Shown: one piece after another, positions 38,426 to 48,373 of the stretch
How positions within the stretch are numbered: the stretch's first letter is position 1
Layout of the letters: each line of letters starts with the position of its first letter
Source of the DNA: an uncultured virus (IMG/VR IMGVR_UViG_3300043958_000209)
Lineage: Duplodnaviria; Heunggongvirae; Uroviricota; Caudoviricetes
Length of the DNA stretch: 64,000 nt
Reading direction: 5' to 3' (one strand)
IMG/VR virus record: IMGVR_UViG_3300043958_000209
Position numbers and translations under genes: made by a program
Notes under the pieces: generated by a model
Seen by the model: only the letters and a program-made list of their open reading frames with translations
Database searches by the model: none
Told to the model about the DNA's origin: nothing

Positions 38426-38799
38426 TTCGCGTTCAGTTTCATAAGGTTTTTTTTAGACTCGACCTCCGTCTCCACGTTCAGTCCCCACAGCGAGATGATC
38501 TGCGGCAGAATTTCATAAATGGAGAAGGTATTGAACTCGTCAAGCCATTCCTCCGGAGTGTCCGGTATATCCGGATTCTTATGCTTGGCCATAAGCCAGG
38601 CGATATTTTCAAACAGCTCCAGACTGAAGGTATCCAGATCTGACTCCTTTGGATTGGATTCGTCTATTCCTTTCTGCAACTGGTTGAGATCCTTGTAGAT
38701 ATCCCTATGAAACTTATTTCTGTACAAACGGGGAATGGCGGCAGAGGCGCGGAATTCGACCGGCTTGCCGTCAATCTCGATGGTTTTCGTAACTGCCAT
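38422..38799 (-). CDS. Tail assembly chaperone (gpG-like)
   Basis: Between the major tail and tape measure genes, ends ESKKN at the slippery site. Confidence 0.8.
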   Translation of the reverse strand: MAVTKTIEIDGKPVEFRASAAIPRLYRNKFHRDIYKDLNQLQKGIDESNPKESDLDTFSLELFENIAWLMAKHKNPDIPDTPEEWLDEFNTFSIYEILPQIISLWGLNVETEVESKKNLMKLNAK

Positions 38800-38811
38800 A
38801 ATGCTGCCTCC

Positions 38812-39462
38812 TTATGCTGTCTGTGAGCTGGTCTTGGAAGACGTTGTCGCAGTGGTTCCAGCGCTTGTGCTGGTAGTCTTTACAACCTCGGTGGCCTTGG
38901 CCTGAGGCTCATAGACCTTGGTGTACCAGTTGTTGTAGGTTTCCTCGCTGGTGTTCGTACCTGTCTTAACCTTTACCAGGCCGCTCGGGAGCGGCGAAAC
39001 AGTAAGCGAGAGCTTCTCCGTCTTGACTTCTTTCTTGTCCTCCGTGGTATCGCCTTCCATCGAAGGTCTGGTCGCGCTGCAATAATACAGGCAATGGCGG
39101 ATCTTCCGCTGGTCGCCGGAGAACTCAAAGAGCAGAGCAAAATGCTCCGGCTCCACATCCTTGTTTTCCACCAGCACGCCATTGGCATCCTCGGTTTCAT
39201 GCAGGACATCCACAAGAAAACTTTCTAGGATGAGCGCAAGCTCGAAGTCGCCGGAATAACCGTTATTGTTGCTGACCATGTAGTACACGGAATCATCCGC
39301 GTAGAACGGGTCGTTATCGCCCTCCGCATCCAGTGAGAGGCTCACGGAGCCGGGCATACTGACAGGCGTCCCGAAGGTGACCTTGCCATCCTCGTCAATC
39401 GTGACAAGTGCGTAGTGACAGTTCTTAAGACCGAACTTCACTTTGTTTTTTCTGTTAGCCAT
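38812..39462 (-). CDS. Major tail protein (phi13-like)
   Basis: KVKFGLKNCHYA, FYADD, FALLFEF. Confidence 0.88.
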   Translation of the reverse strand: MANRKNKVKFGLKNCHYALVTIDEDGKVTFGTPVSMPGSVSLSLDAEGDNDPFYADDSVYYMVSNNNGYSGDFELALILESFLVDVLHETEDANGVLVENKDVEPEHFALLFEFSGDQRKIRHCLYYCSATRPSMEGDTTEDKKEVKTEKLSLTVSPLPSGLVKVKTGTNTSEETYNNWYTKVYEPQAKATEVVKTTSTSAGTTATTSSKTSSQTA

Positions 39463-39476
39463 AGTGGCATCCTCCT

Positions 39477-39794
39477 TTAAATCTCAGTTTGATAGAGCAC
39501 TTCAAACATCTTCTCGGATTCGATCCAGACCTCGGATTTCTCCCACGGGATTTCATGGGCGGTCAGGATATCCTCCAGTTTTTCTTCCAGTTCCGGGTCT
39601 TTCTTATCCGTGTAGAGTTCCATGTTCAGCTGGCTGATTTTGAAATACACGCCGTTGTCTGCGAACATGTTGTCGCTGCCCGGAAAGAGAAAAATAAGGA
39701 AGGGCGGCTCAGGAGACTCACCTTCGGCGAAATGGTCGTAGGCAAGAGGGAGTCCGGCTTCCTTTAACATGTTGGTTATGTCGTCATAGGTCAT
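39477..39794 (-). CDS. Tail completion/terminator-like protein
   Basis: Position and the LPLAYDHF/ADNGVY/ELYTDKKD motifs. Confidence 0.7.
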   Translation of the reverse strand: MTYDDITNMLKEAGLPLAYDHFAEGESPEPPFLIFLFPGSDNMFADNGVYFKISQLNMELYTDKKDPELEEKLEDILTAHEIPWEKSEVWIESEKMFEVLYQTEI

Positions 39795-39796
39795 AC

Positions 39797-40180
39797 TCAG
39801 CCGCCTTTCAGTTTCTGCTCGATGGTTTTTACAAGCGTTTCGTTGCCGCGCTGTTCGGCAGGCGCGATGTGAGGTTTTCCCTCTACACGGCCTCCGCCGC
39901 GTTTGGCGTGTCCGTTCTCAAGCAGGTGCGCAATCTGGTACCGGTTCCTTGAATGCACCACAAGGTCAATACTCTCGGAATCCTCGTGGACGTTTTTTAC
40001 CGACCAGCTTTTCTTGTACTTTCCGGTATCGACAGGAGCGCCAGATTGGATGTCCTTACGGACAGAAGCCGCCGTATCCTTTACGGCATCCTTCATATCG
40101 TCGGTTGCGAGCTTCGAATATTTATGAAGCTCCTCCATGATTGCGTCGTCCATTTCGCTGATCGGTATTTTTCTGCTCAT
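39797..40180 (-). CDS. HK97 gp10-family protein
   Basis: APVDTG, HLLENGH, PHIAPA. Confidence 0.85.
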   Translation of the reverse strand: MSRKIPISEMDDAIMEELHKYSKLATDDMKDAVKDTAASVRKDIQSGAPVDTGKYKKSWSVKNVHEDSESIDLVVHSRNRYQIAHLLENGHAKRGGGRVEGKPHIAPAEQRGNETLVKTIEQKLKGG

Positions 40181-40509
40181 GATTTTTTCTCCAGCTTGCA
40201 GTTGAATTTAAGGCTGTTCCGCTTGTAGCCCATCGGGTTCACATAGGTGATGTTGTAGATGCGGCCTTCCGTTATGATCCGGTATTTCGTGGATTCCACG
40301 GCGGCAAGCTCCGAAGAATACCGGCAGGTAAAATCCAGGGATTCCTCCGGGTTAACTACAACGCCTTCGGATTCCGAGCCGGTGCTTGTGCCGACTGTTG
40401 CCCAGCAGGAGCAGTAGTCCGTCCAGCCGTTGGTGTGGTTTCCGTACTTGTCAACGGTGACCGCATTTTTCTGTAAAGTGATTCTCGTCCGCATTGCGCC
40501 GATATTCAT
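40177..40509 (-). CDS. Head closure / head-tail adaptor
   Basis: MRTRITLQ and CWA motifs, gene position. Confidence 0.8.
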   Translation of the reverse strand: MNIGAMRTRITLQKNAVTVDKYGNHTNGWTDYCSCWATVGTSTGSESEGVVVNPEESLDFTCRYSSELAAVESTKYRIITEGRIYNITYVNPMGYKRNSLKFNCKLEKKS

Positions 40510-40796
40510 CAGAAGCCCTCCTTCCGCGTGCCAAAGAGAAGGGAGCGCAGCGTCATGTTGAGGGCATGGTGGTCGGCTTCCTCCCGGTGCTCGTAGAGAT
40601 AGGCCACGGTGTAAAGGATGGCCACCCGGATGCGGATCAGGGCTTTTTCCTCGTTTGCCATAAACTCCTCGTCGGACTGCCTTGTGATGTCCTGTACCTG
40701 CTTTGTCGCCGCAGAAATCAGGCTTTTTATCAGATCGTCCTCGTCACTGGTGGTGACCCGGAGATAGGCTTTTGCTTCCTCAAGTGTTGCTTCCAT
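40509..40796 (-). CDS. Head-tail connector (gp6-like)
   Basis: TLEEAKAYLRV, EDDLI, YEHRE. Confidence 0.88.
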   Translation of the reverse strand: MEATLEEAKAYLRVTTSDEDDLIKSLISAATKQVQDITRQSDEEFMANEEKALIRIRVAILYTVAYLYEHREEADHHALNMTLRSLLFGTRKEGF

Positions 40797-40874
40797 CGTC
40801 CGCCTCCTTAAAAAATGCCGCCTGTAGGAAGGTTAATCCCTGCAGGCGGCTGGTTACGTTAGCTGCCATTTTAA

Positions 40875-42080
40875 TCAGGCACCGGCTTTGACGGACAGTC
40901 CCTTCACAGCCTCCGGCAGGATGAGCTTGCCGTCGACGCGCTCAGAGGCAAGGAAGCCGATCTGGCCGTTTGCCGCGTAGAGCTCGGAGAGGCGTTTGAA
41001 GGAACGTCCCTGGCGCTCAGCGATCCAGTAGTAGGAGAAGTCGCCGAACAGAATCGGCACATTGCCTGCAGCCAGCTCCGGTGCATAAATCGAAGTCTTG
41101 TAAGGACGGTTCAGAATCGTGTCGGGCTGACCGACGACAACGGAAGGCTGCCAGATGTAGTTGCCATTGTTGTCCTTAATCTTGCGGAGCGCCTTGATGG
41201 TGGTGTCGTTCAGAATCCAGATGGCCTTGCTCCTGTAGACGGAACGCAGGGAGTGGAACACATCCATGATGTTGTCGAAGGAAACCGTGCTACCGGTAAT
41301 CTCTGTGGTCGCGCCCTTGGTAGCTGCTACCTTGGTGAAGATGCCTTCCGGCTTCTTGCTGCCGTCGCCGGTGAGGAATGCTTCTTCCTCCGCAGCGCCG
41401 ATCCTGCGGCCAAACTCCGATGCGATGTAGGTTTCGAGGTCGAAAACGGAATCGTTCATGAGTTCCTCGGATACCTTGATTGCCGTGCCCAGCTTGTAGG
41501 CGGAGAGGCTGATCTGGTCGAAGGTGTCGTCGGATTCCGGGTACAGGCCGTTTTCCTCCATCCATGCCGCCGTCCCGTGGGAAGCAACAACCGGAATGGT
41601 ATGCGTGCCGCTCTGGGTCTGAATGACCGTTGCAATCGTGCGGAAGAAGTTTTCCTCCTGCAGGGCGTCAATCAGGCGCTTCTCATATTCATCCGGGACA
41701 AGATAGCCGCCGTTGGCGTCGGTGCCGATTTCCAGCACATCCTTTACGTCGTAGTAGTTGCGCTTGCGGATGTTGTTCCAGAAGGCCGCCTTGTATGCCT
41801 TGGAAGCAATGCCGGGCTTGTCGTCCTGTTCGTTCTTCGCGCCGGGTTTGCCGGTAAGCGGAGCAGAGGTCGGGGCGGAGAGCATCTTGTCGATCTCTTC
41901 CTGACGCTGCAGACGCTCAATGTCGTGCGTAAGGTCAGTAACTTCCTTTTCCATCTTGTCGTAGGTCGCGGCATCCTCTGCGGATACCATGCCGCCGTTC
42001 TGAGAGTGTGTGTTCAGGAATGCTTTTGCTGCTTCCCATGCCTTCGCTCTCTTGTCCATAAGTTCCATAATCTGAGTCAT
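40875..42080 (-). CDS. HK97-fold major capsid protein
   Basis: GGYLVPDE, KVSEELMND, ILFGDFSYY, ERVDG. Confidence 0.95.
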   Translation of the reverse strand: MTQIMELMDKRAKAWEAAKAFLNTHSQNGGMVSAEDAATYDKMEKEVTDLTHDIERLQRQEEIDKMLSAPTSAPLTGKPGAKNEQDDKPGIASKAYKAAFWNNIRKRNYYDVKDVLEIGTDANGGYLVPDEYEKRLIDALQEENFFRTIATVIQTQSGTHTIPVVASHGTAAWMEENGLYPESDDTFDQISLSAYKLGTAIKVSEELMNDSVFDLETYIASEFGRRIGAAEEEAFLTGDGSKKPEGIFTKVAATKGATTEITGSTVSFDNIMDVFHSLRSVYRSKAIWILNDTTIKALRKIKDNNGNYIWQPSVVVGQPDTILNRPYKTSIYAPELAAGNVPILFGDFSYYWIAERQGRSFKRLSELYAANGQIGFLASERVDGKLILPEAVKGLSVKAGA

Positions 42081-42095
42081 AGTAAAAATCCTCCT

Positions 42096-42824
42096 TTAGT
42101 GTGCGAGAAGCGAAAGTCGCTTCTCAAGATCGGTAACGGGTACCCTGTGTTTATCTGCTTCCGGCTTTTTCTTTGGAATCAGCCGTGAGAGCAGTGAATC
42201 TGTGACAGTCTTGCGGGAGAAAAGCATCTCTATGGTGTCGTTTTCTTCCTGCAACGGGTTTTCACCGCCAGCGAAAAGAACCTCATCCGCAAAGCCGAGC
42301 TTCTTGGCCTCCTTGGCATTCATCCAGGTTTCGGCATCCATGAGATTTGAAATCTTCGCGCGGGAGAGCCCGGATTTAATTTCATAGGCGTTCATAATGG
42401 ATTCCTTCACCTCGGACAGCATGTCGATGGCCTTCTGCATTTCTTCGGTATCGCCAATGGCGATGGTCGCCGGGTTGTGGATCATCAGCATGGCCACGGG
42501 ACTCATACAGACCTTGGTTCCGGCCATTGCGATGACGGATGCCGCAGAAGCGGCAAGCGCGTCAATCTTGACCGTGACGTTGCCCTTGTAGTCCATGAGC
42601 ATGTTGTAGATTTGCGCGGCAGCAAAAACATCACCGCCCGGACTGTTGATCCAGAGGGTGATGTTCCCGTCTCCTGCATTCAATTCATCTTTAAAAAGCT
42701 TGGGTGTTACTTCATCGCCGTACCACGTCTCATCGGAAATTTCTCCGTCGAGGTATAGTGTGCGTTCGCTGCCGAACGAGTCCGATTCCTCGTTTCGTAC
42801 CCAGTTCCAAAACTTTCTGTTCAT
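42096..42824 (-). CDS. ClpP-type prohead protease
   Basis: INSPGGDV, AASAAS, MIHNP, ETWM. Confidence 0.92.
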   Translation of the reverse strand: MNRKFWNWVRNEESDSFGSERTLYLDGEISDETWYGDEVTPKLFKDELNAGDGNITLWINSPGGDVFAAAQIYNMLMDYKGNVTVKIDALAASAASVIAMAGTKVCMSPVAMLMIHNPATIAIGDTEEMQKAIDMLSEVKESIMNAYEIKSGLSRAKISNLMDAETWMNAKEAKKLGFADEVLFAGGENPLQEENDTIEMLFSRKTVTDSLLSRLIPKKKPEADKHRVPVTDLEKRLSLLAH

Positions 42825-42833
42825 AATGCCTCC

Positions 42834-44126
42834 TTACGTTTGTGCCGGGAGCTGCCGTTTTCTGGCTGCTTCATCCGGTTCCTCCTTTGCAGGTGCCGCA
42901 GCCGCAAAGATTCCTGCGTCCGCAAGCTTTGTCATGTTGCCGTTGATCAGATACAGATCGCCGCCGTCCTCTGCCGGAATGCGGTCGAGATTTTCAAGCT
43001 CCCGGATATCATTGGCGGACATCCAGCCGTTCTGGCGACCCGTTGCATAACCGTTCATACGGCTTTGGTAATCGCCGCGGAGCAGACCGTCCACATTGAA
43101 TTTGCAGAAGTATTCCTTTTTCTCATCCTGCGTCAGGAGCGCCCGCTGCATCGACTGTTCCCAGCGGCAGACCCACGGGTCAAGCGTGTACTTCACAAAT
43201 TCCAGTGACTGTTGCTCGATATTGGAAAAGCTTGATTTCTCAAGGTCGCCAATCATGTGCGGTGGGATGCGGAAGATACGCGCAATCTCATCAATCTGGA
43301 ACTTCCTTGTTTCCAGAAACTGTGCCTGTTCAGGTGAAATGGAGATAGGCGTATATTTCATGCCTTCCTCCAGCACGGCCACCTTGTTGGAATTGGAGCT
43401 GCCGCCGAAGGCCGCATTCCAACTGTCGCGTACTTTATCCGGATCTTTTACAACACCGGGATGCTCCAGAATGCCTCCGGGCGTCGCGCCGTTAGCGAAA
43501 AACTTAGCTCCGTATTCCTCGCAGGCAATCGCCATGCCGATGGAGTTCTTAGCCATTGCAATCGGCGAGTAGCCGACCAGACCATCGAAGCCGAGCCCTG
43601 GAATATGAAGCACGTCATATGGAGAAAGCCGGACGCGGCTTCCGTTCATTGTGTGCGCTTCCTCCTGTGAGGTCTGGTACTCGTAATAAAGGTGCCCATC
43701 CTCGTCGCGATCGACCGTCATGCGGTTTGGCATGAGCGGGTAGAGCGCCACCACTTCGCCTTTGCCGTTTCGGATGATCTGCGCATAGGCATTGCCCCAG
43801 AGCAGAAGATGCGTCATAAGCGTTTCCCTGAAAACAAAAGAGGTCATTTCCGGATTCGGCTCATCGTGCAGGATAAAGTAAAGCGGATGGTCTGTTGCCT
43901 TTTCCTTGCTGCCGTCGTCATCGCTTCGGTACAGATGAATCGGAAGTCCCGCAATCGCCTCAGAGAGAATCCGGACGCAGGAATAAACCGCCGTCATCTG
44001 CATGGCAGACCGTTCTGTCACGGCTTTCCCAGAGGTTGTGCCGCCGAATAGGAAGCGGTAGGTGCTGCCGGTCGTCGAATCGGTCGGCTTGTCCCGGCTC
44101 CGAAAAAGTCCAGAAAATATGCTCAT
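42834..44126 (-). CDS. HK97-family portal protein
   Basis: LLWGNAY, GYSPI, IARIFRIPP, SNIEQQ. Confidence 0.95.
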   Translation of the reverse strand: MSIFSGLFRSRDKPTDSTTGSTYRFLFGGTTSGKAVTERSAMQMTAVYSCVRILSEAIAGLPIHLYRSDDDGSKEKATDHPLYFILHDEPNPEMTSFVFRETLMTHLLLWGNAYAQIIRNGKGEVVALYPLMPNRMTVDRDEDGHLYYEYQTSQEEAHTMNGSRVRLSPYDVLHIPGLGFDGLVGYSPIAMAKNSIGMAIACEEYGAKFFANGATPGGILEHPGVVKDPDKVRDSWNAAFGGSSNSNKVAVLEEGMKYTPISISPEQAQFLETRKFQIDEIARIFRIPPHMIGDLEKSSFSNIEQQSLEFVKYTLDPWVCRWEQSMQRALLTQDEKKEYFCKFNVDGLLRGDYQSRMNGYATGRQNGWMSANDIRELENLDRIPAEDGGDLYLINGNMTKLADAGIFAAAAPAKEEPDEAARKRQLPAQT

Positions 44127-44194
44127 AGCCATCCCTCCATTTCGTTTATGGCTTCCCGGAGTACGAGAAAGCCAATCAGTGTCAGTAGAATCAT
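44123..44194 (-). CDS. Possible 23-aa hydrophobic peptide
   Basis: MILLTLIGFLVLREAINEMEGWL*, stop overlaps the portal ATG. Confidence 0.35.
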   Translation of the reverse strand: MILLTLIGFLVLREAINEMEGWL

Positions 44195-44202
44195 TTCATT
44201 GC

Positions 44203-45810
44203 CTATATGAATAAAATGCCTCTCGTGTCATACACGGAGGCTCCGTTATCGTTGCCGCAGCGGATCGCGCGGTCAAGCGCCATGATGGTTGCCACGGCAC
44301 CGTCGATTTTCTCTGTGGATTTTTCCTTATCTGCTTTAATGTTTCCGGCAGGATCGGTGCGGATGAAGATGTTGTCCATCATCCAGCGGAGCACCGGGTG
44401 ACCGCCGTGGGCGATACGCTTTTCCAGCGTCAGCTTCATCAGTTCTTTGGTAGGTGGCGACATATCTTTGAAGCCCTGTCCGAAGGGCACGATGGTAAAA
44501 CCCATGCCTTCCAGATTCTGAACCATCTGCACAGCTCCCCAGCGGTCAAATGCAATCTCACGGATATTGAATCGCTCGCCGAGCCCTTCGATAAACTTTT
44601 CAATGTATCCGTAGTGGATGACATTTCCCTCTGTGGTTTCAAGGAAGCCTTGTTTCTCCCAGAGGTCGTATGGAACATGATCACGCCGGACGCGGAGATC
44701 CATCGTATCCTCCGGCACCCAGAAGTATGGAAGGACCACATATTTGTTATCCTCGTCAAGCGGCGGGAACATAAGCACGAAAGCCGTAACGTCGGTTGTG
44801 GAACTCAGATCCAGTCCTCCATAGCAGACGCGGCCCTCCAGAGATTTTTCATCAACCGGGAATGCGCAGGCGTCCCATTTGTCCATCGGCATCCAGCGGA
44901 TAGCCTGCTTTACCCATTGATTCAGGCGCAGCTGCCGGAAGGAATTCTCCTCGCCGGGATTCTGCTTGGCAGATTCGCAGGCGGCTTCCACCTTGTCGAT
45001 GCCGACCGTGATACCAAGGGACGGATTGGCTTTTTTCCAGACCTTCGGGTCAGTCCAGTCCTCGGTTGCTTCGGCTCCGTAGATGACCGGGTAGAAGGTC
45101 GGGTCAAGCTTCCTGCCGTCAAGAATGTCCTGCGCTTTCTGGTGAACCTCATAGCAGATGGAGTTCGTATCATTTCCGGCGGTCGTGATCAGAAAGTAGA
45201 GCGGCTGCATTCTGGCATCGCCGGAACCCTTGGTCATAACATCAAAGAGCTTTCGGTTCGGTTGCGTGTGCAGTTCGTCAAAGACCACGCCGTGAATGTT
45301 AAAGCCGTGCTTTGAGTAGGCTTCAGCGGAGAGAACCTGGTAGAAGCTGTTGGTCGGCTCGTAGATAATCCGCTTCTGGGAAGCAAGGATTTTCACGCGG
45401 CGATTTAAGGCCGGGCACATCCGCACCATGTTGGCAGCAACATCAAAGACGATGGTTGCCTGCTGGTGGTCAGCGGCGCAGCCATAGACCTCGGCACGTT
45501 CTTCACCATCACCGCAGCAAAGGAGCAGGGCGACGGCAGCGGCAAGCTCAGACTTTCCCATTTTCTTGGGGATTTCGATGTAGGCTGTATTGAACTGCCG
45601 GTATCCGTTTGGCTTTAAAACACCGAACAGGTCGCGGATGATCTGCTCCTGCCAGTCAATGAGTTCAAAGGGCTTTCCGGCCCATGTGCCTTTGGTATGA
45701 GTCAGGCTTTCAATGAACATGACGGCATAGTCGGCCATCTCATTGCTGTAGGTGGAGGTCTTCGCCATGAAGCGGGTCGGCTTGTGTTTTTTCAGCTTTC
45801 GCATTGCCAT
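44203..45810 (-). CDS. Terminase large subunit
   Basis: IPKKMGKS Walker A, VFDELH, ITTAG, GGLDLS, KIDG. Confidence 0.95.
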   Translation of the reverse strand: MAMRKLKKHKPTRFMAKTSTYSNEMADYAVMFIESLTHTKGTWAGKPFELIDWQEQIIRDLFGVLKPNGYRQFNTAYIEIPKKMGKSELAAAVALLLCCGDGEERAEVYGCAADHQQATIVFDVAANMVRMCPALNRRVKILASQKRIIYEPTNSFYQVLSAEAYSKHGFNIHGVVFDELHTQPNRKLFDVMTKGSGDARMQPLYFLITTAGNDTNSICYEVHQKAQDILDGRKLDPTFYPVIYGAEATEDWTDPKVWKKANPSLGITVGIDKVEAACESAKQNPGEENSFRQLRLNQWVKQAIRWMPMDKWDACAFPVDEKSLEGRVCYGGLDLSSTTDVTAFVLMFPPLDEDNKYVVLPYFWVPEDTMDLRVRRDHVPYDLWEKQGFLETTEGNVIHYGYIEKFIEGLGERFNIREIAFDRWGAVQMVQNLEGMGFTIVPFGQGFKDMSPPTKELMKLTLEKRIAHGGHPVLRWMMDNIFIRTDPAGNIKADKEKSTEKIDGAVATIMALDRAIRCGNDNGASVYDTRGILFI

Positions 45811-45976
45811 GCAGACCGCCTCCTTCAGGGCAAAAGAAAAGACCGCCGAAGCGATCTTCAAATCTTTATCAGTACGAGAGAAAGAGCCGCGTGGCTCCTG
45901 TCTCCCGGAATTTTCATTCTCAGGTTTTGCTTAGTTGTAGTTGTTCAGAAGAATGCAAAGCGCCAGCTCTGCTTCC

Positions 45977-46342
45977 TTAGGCATCCTTCACCGTCATCTT
46001 GAATGCAGGGATCAGGGCATGCTCGTTGCTTCCAAAGTGGGTGCAGCGTTCCTTGACTCTTACGATTCCGTCCAGCGTGCAGCCGAGGTCTTCGAGCTTT
46101 GCGATGGTTTCGATGAGGCTTGAAAAGGTGGAGCTGATGGTGAATTCCTTCACACCGAGCCGTCTGCAGTCTGCAAGGATGGTTTCAATATCCTCGTCCC
46201 AGATGACCTCGGCAAAGTTCGGCAGCTCGTTCCCGGCATCCTTGCTGTAAAGATAAGCCTGCGCAAGTGTCCACTGCACTCCGATGTCGCTCCATTTCAT
46301 TCCGGCCTTTGCGTTCTCAATCGCTTCAATTGTGTACTTCAT
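45977..46342 (-). CDS. Hypothetical phage protein
   Basis: ORF with GGAGG RBS downstream of a repeated promoter. GVKEFTISSTFS motif. Confidence 0.7.
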   Translation of the reverse strand: MKYTIEAIENAKAGMKWSDIGVQWTLAQAYLYSKDAGNELPNFAEVIWDEDIETILADCRRLGVKEFTISSTFSSLIETIAKLEDLGCTLDGIVRVKERCTHFGSNEHALIPAFKMTVKDA

Positions 46343-46369
46343 GGTGGTTCCTCCGTTTTCTTTTTGTTA

Positions 46370-46434
46370 TCTCGGCTGCCGCCTCGGTCGGTGCTTTTGC
46401 CTTCGGCAAAGGTCGCCACCGGCGACCCGCACCC
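46370..46434 (-). repeat. Structured mini-element, copy 1
   Basis: GGGTGCGGGTCGCCGGTGGCGACCTTTGCCGAAGGCAAAAGCACCGACCGAGGCGGCAGCCGAGA. Confidence 0.85.
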
Positions 46435-46539
46435 TTTCGGTATGTACATATATCACTCTGAAGCCCTTTATTAGCAAGGGATTCAGGCAAAATATATGTG
46501 CCAATCCTGCGGATAAATCACAGGGCCAAACTGTGTATT

Positions 46540-46716
46540 TTAGCCTTCGCCGGTCAGGATGAAGTGTGCATATTCTGACCGGTGATCTTCGAGGTAGAGA
46601 ACCAGTTCATAGAAGTCACGCTCATAGGCAAGGCGCTGAACCATGCCAATGTCAAACATGTTGGTAAGGCCGGTATCGCGGATGGCAAGAATCTGTTCTT
46701 TGATTTTCTGCTCCAT
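46540..46716 (-). CDS. DUF5049-like small protein
   Basis: IKEQILAIRDTGLTNMFD...YAHFILTG. Confidence 0.8.
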   Translation of the reverse strand: MEQKIKEQILAIRDTGLTNMFDIGMVQRLAYERDFYELVLYLEDHRSEYAHFILTGEG

Positions 46717-46717
46717 G

Positions 46718-46942
46718 TCAATCTGCCACCTTCCGTACAAGGTCAACTCCGTAGATTACATTGAGGCCGGAGCCGTTGTCCCAGTTTACGAGGAGGGAAC
46801 CGGTATCATCAATCCCAGTTACCGTTCCTCTGGTGCCGATGGGCGGTGCCTGCACATCGTCCATCTGAAGAAGCTCCACACGGGTTCCAGCAGGATAGCG
46901 GGAGCGGAGAGCGTCAAGCTCATTTTGCCTGATCATTCGCAT
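46718..46942 (-). CDS. DUF4314-like protein
   Basis: YPAGTRVELLQMDD, GTRGTV, VNWDNGSGL. Confidence 0.85.
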   Translation of the reverse strand: MRMIRQNELDALRSRYPAGTRVELLQMDDVQAPPIGTRGTVTGIDDTGSLLVNWDNGSGLNVIYGVDLVRKVAD

Positions 46943-46946
46943 GTTG

Positions 46947-47011
46947 GTCTCACCTCCGGTTCGGTCGGTGCTTTTGCCTTCGGCAAAGGTCTCCACTGGA
47001 GACCCGCACCC
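46947..47011 (-). repeat. Structured mini-element, copy 2
   Basis: GGGTGCGGGTCTCCAGTGGAGACCTTTGCCGAAGGCAAAAGCACCGACCGAACCGGAGGTGAGAC. Confidence 0.85.
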
Positions 47012-47114
47012 TTTCGGTACGTACATATATCACTCTGAAAGCCTTTATTAGCAAGCGATACCGGGCATATTCTGTAGTAAAACATCGACGAATATCAGGT
47101 GCGGAATTTGTGTA

Positions 47115-48373
47115 TTATACAGTCTCAAAATCCACCTGCTTGGCAAGCTCAGAGTAGCTGATCCGTTCGCCGTTTCTTACGACATATACATTTTTTGCGT
47201 CATCTGTGTCCTCAACGTAGCGGCGCAGAATGACAGAAGCGTACTTCGGATCAAGCTCCATCATGTAGCAGATGCGGTTCAGCTGCTCGCAGGCCATGAG
47301 CGTGCTGCCGGAGCCGCCGAAGGTATCAATCACCACAGAGTTTTCCTGTAAGGAATTCTGGATGGGATAGTCCAGAAGATCCAGCGGCTTTGAAGTGGGA
47401 TGATCCTTATTGCGCTTCGGCTTGTCGTAGTTCCAGATGGTTGTCTGCTTGCGGTCGGAGTACCATGGATGTTTGCCGTTTTGCAAAAATCCATAGAGGA
47501 TTGGTTCGTGCTGCCATTGGTAATCGGAACGACCGAGTACGAGGGAATTCTTTACCCAGATGCAAACACCGGCGAGGTGGAAGCCTGTGTCAATGAAGGC
47601 TTTCCTGAAGGTGAGACCTTCGGTATCCGCATGGAAGCAGTAGGCGGCACCACCTTTTTCAAGGTGGTCGGCCATGTTCTTGAACGCGGAAAGCAGGAAG
47701 TTGTAAAACTCCTCGCCCTTTAAGCTGTCGTTTTCAATGGTCAGACCATCCGAGGCTTTGAAGGAAACGCCGTAGGGTGGATCAGTCAGGATCAGGTTGG
47801 CGCTCTTTCCATCCATGAGCAGGTTCACATTGTTGGCAGAAGTGGCATCGCCGCACATGAGACGATGCTTTCCAACAGCCCAGATGTCGCCGCGTTCCAC
47901 AAAGGAGGCTTTCTCCAGAGCGGCGGTCAGATCAAAGTCGTCATCCTCGACATCCTTATCCGCACCGCCATCAAGGAGCTTCTCCAGTTCATCGGCACCA
48001 AAGCCAAGAAGCGAGAGATCAAAAGCGGAATCCTGCAGATCGGATAATTCTACGGACAGCATTTCTTCATCCCAGCCTGCGTTCAGAGCCAGCTGATTGT
48101 CCGCAAGAATATATATGCACGCTTCTGAGCGTCCGTCAGGTTCTCTGCAAAGACGCAGGGCACGGTTTCATAGCCTTCCGCGCGGGCGGCTTCGATTCTG
48201 CCGTGTCCGACGAGGATGTTGTAGTCAGCGTCAATGACGGCGGGGCTTACAAATCCAAATTCACGGAGGGATGCACGAAGCTGTGCAATCTGTTCTTTAC
48301 TATGCGTCCGGGCATTTCGGACATAAGGCACCAATTTATCAATGGGTACCTGTTCCAATTTTTGTGTGTTCAT
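47115..48373 (-). pseudogene. ParB-N-terminal N6/N4 DNA methyltransferase, frameshifted by one extra AT at 48109-48116
   Basis: NARTH/GHGR ParB-like N-terminus, DPPY and DTFGGSGST motifs. Removing 2 nt joins both ORFs through KRAYILADNQLALNAGWD. Confidence 0.85.

Noticed and set aside
46990..47002. TCTCCAGTGG shared between the mini-element and the sigma promoter box
   Set aside because: The upstream TCCGCTCAAA box is absent and copy 1 has a different sequence, so it is likely coincidence
46943..47026. N-terminal extension MYVPKGCGSPVET... of the DUF4314 ORF
   Set aside because: It is read-through of the mini-element. The RBS supports the ATG at 46942.
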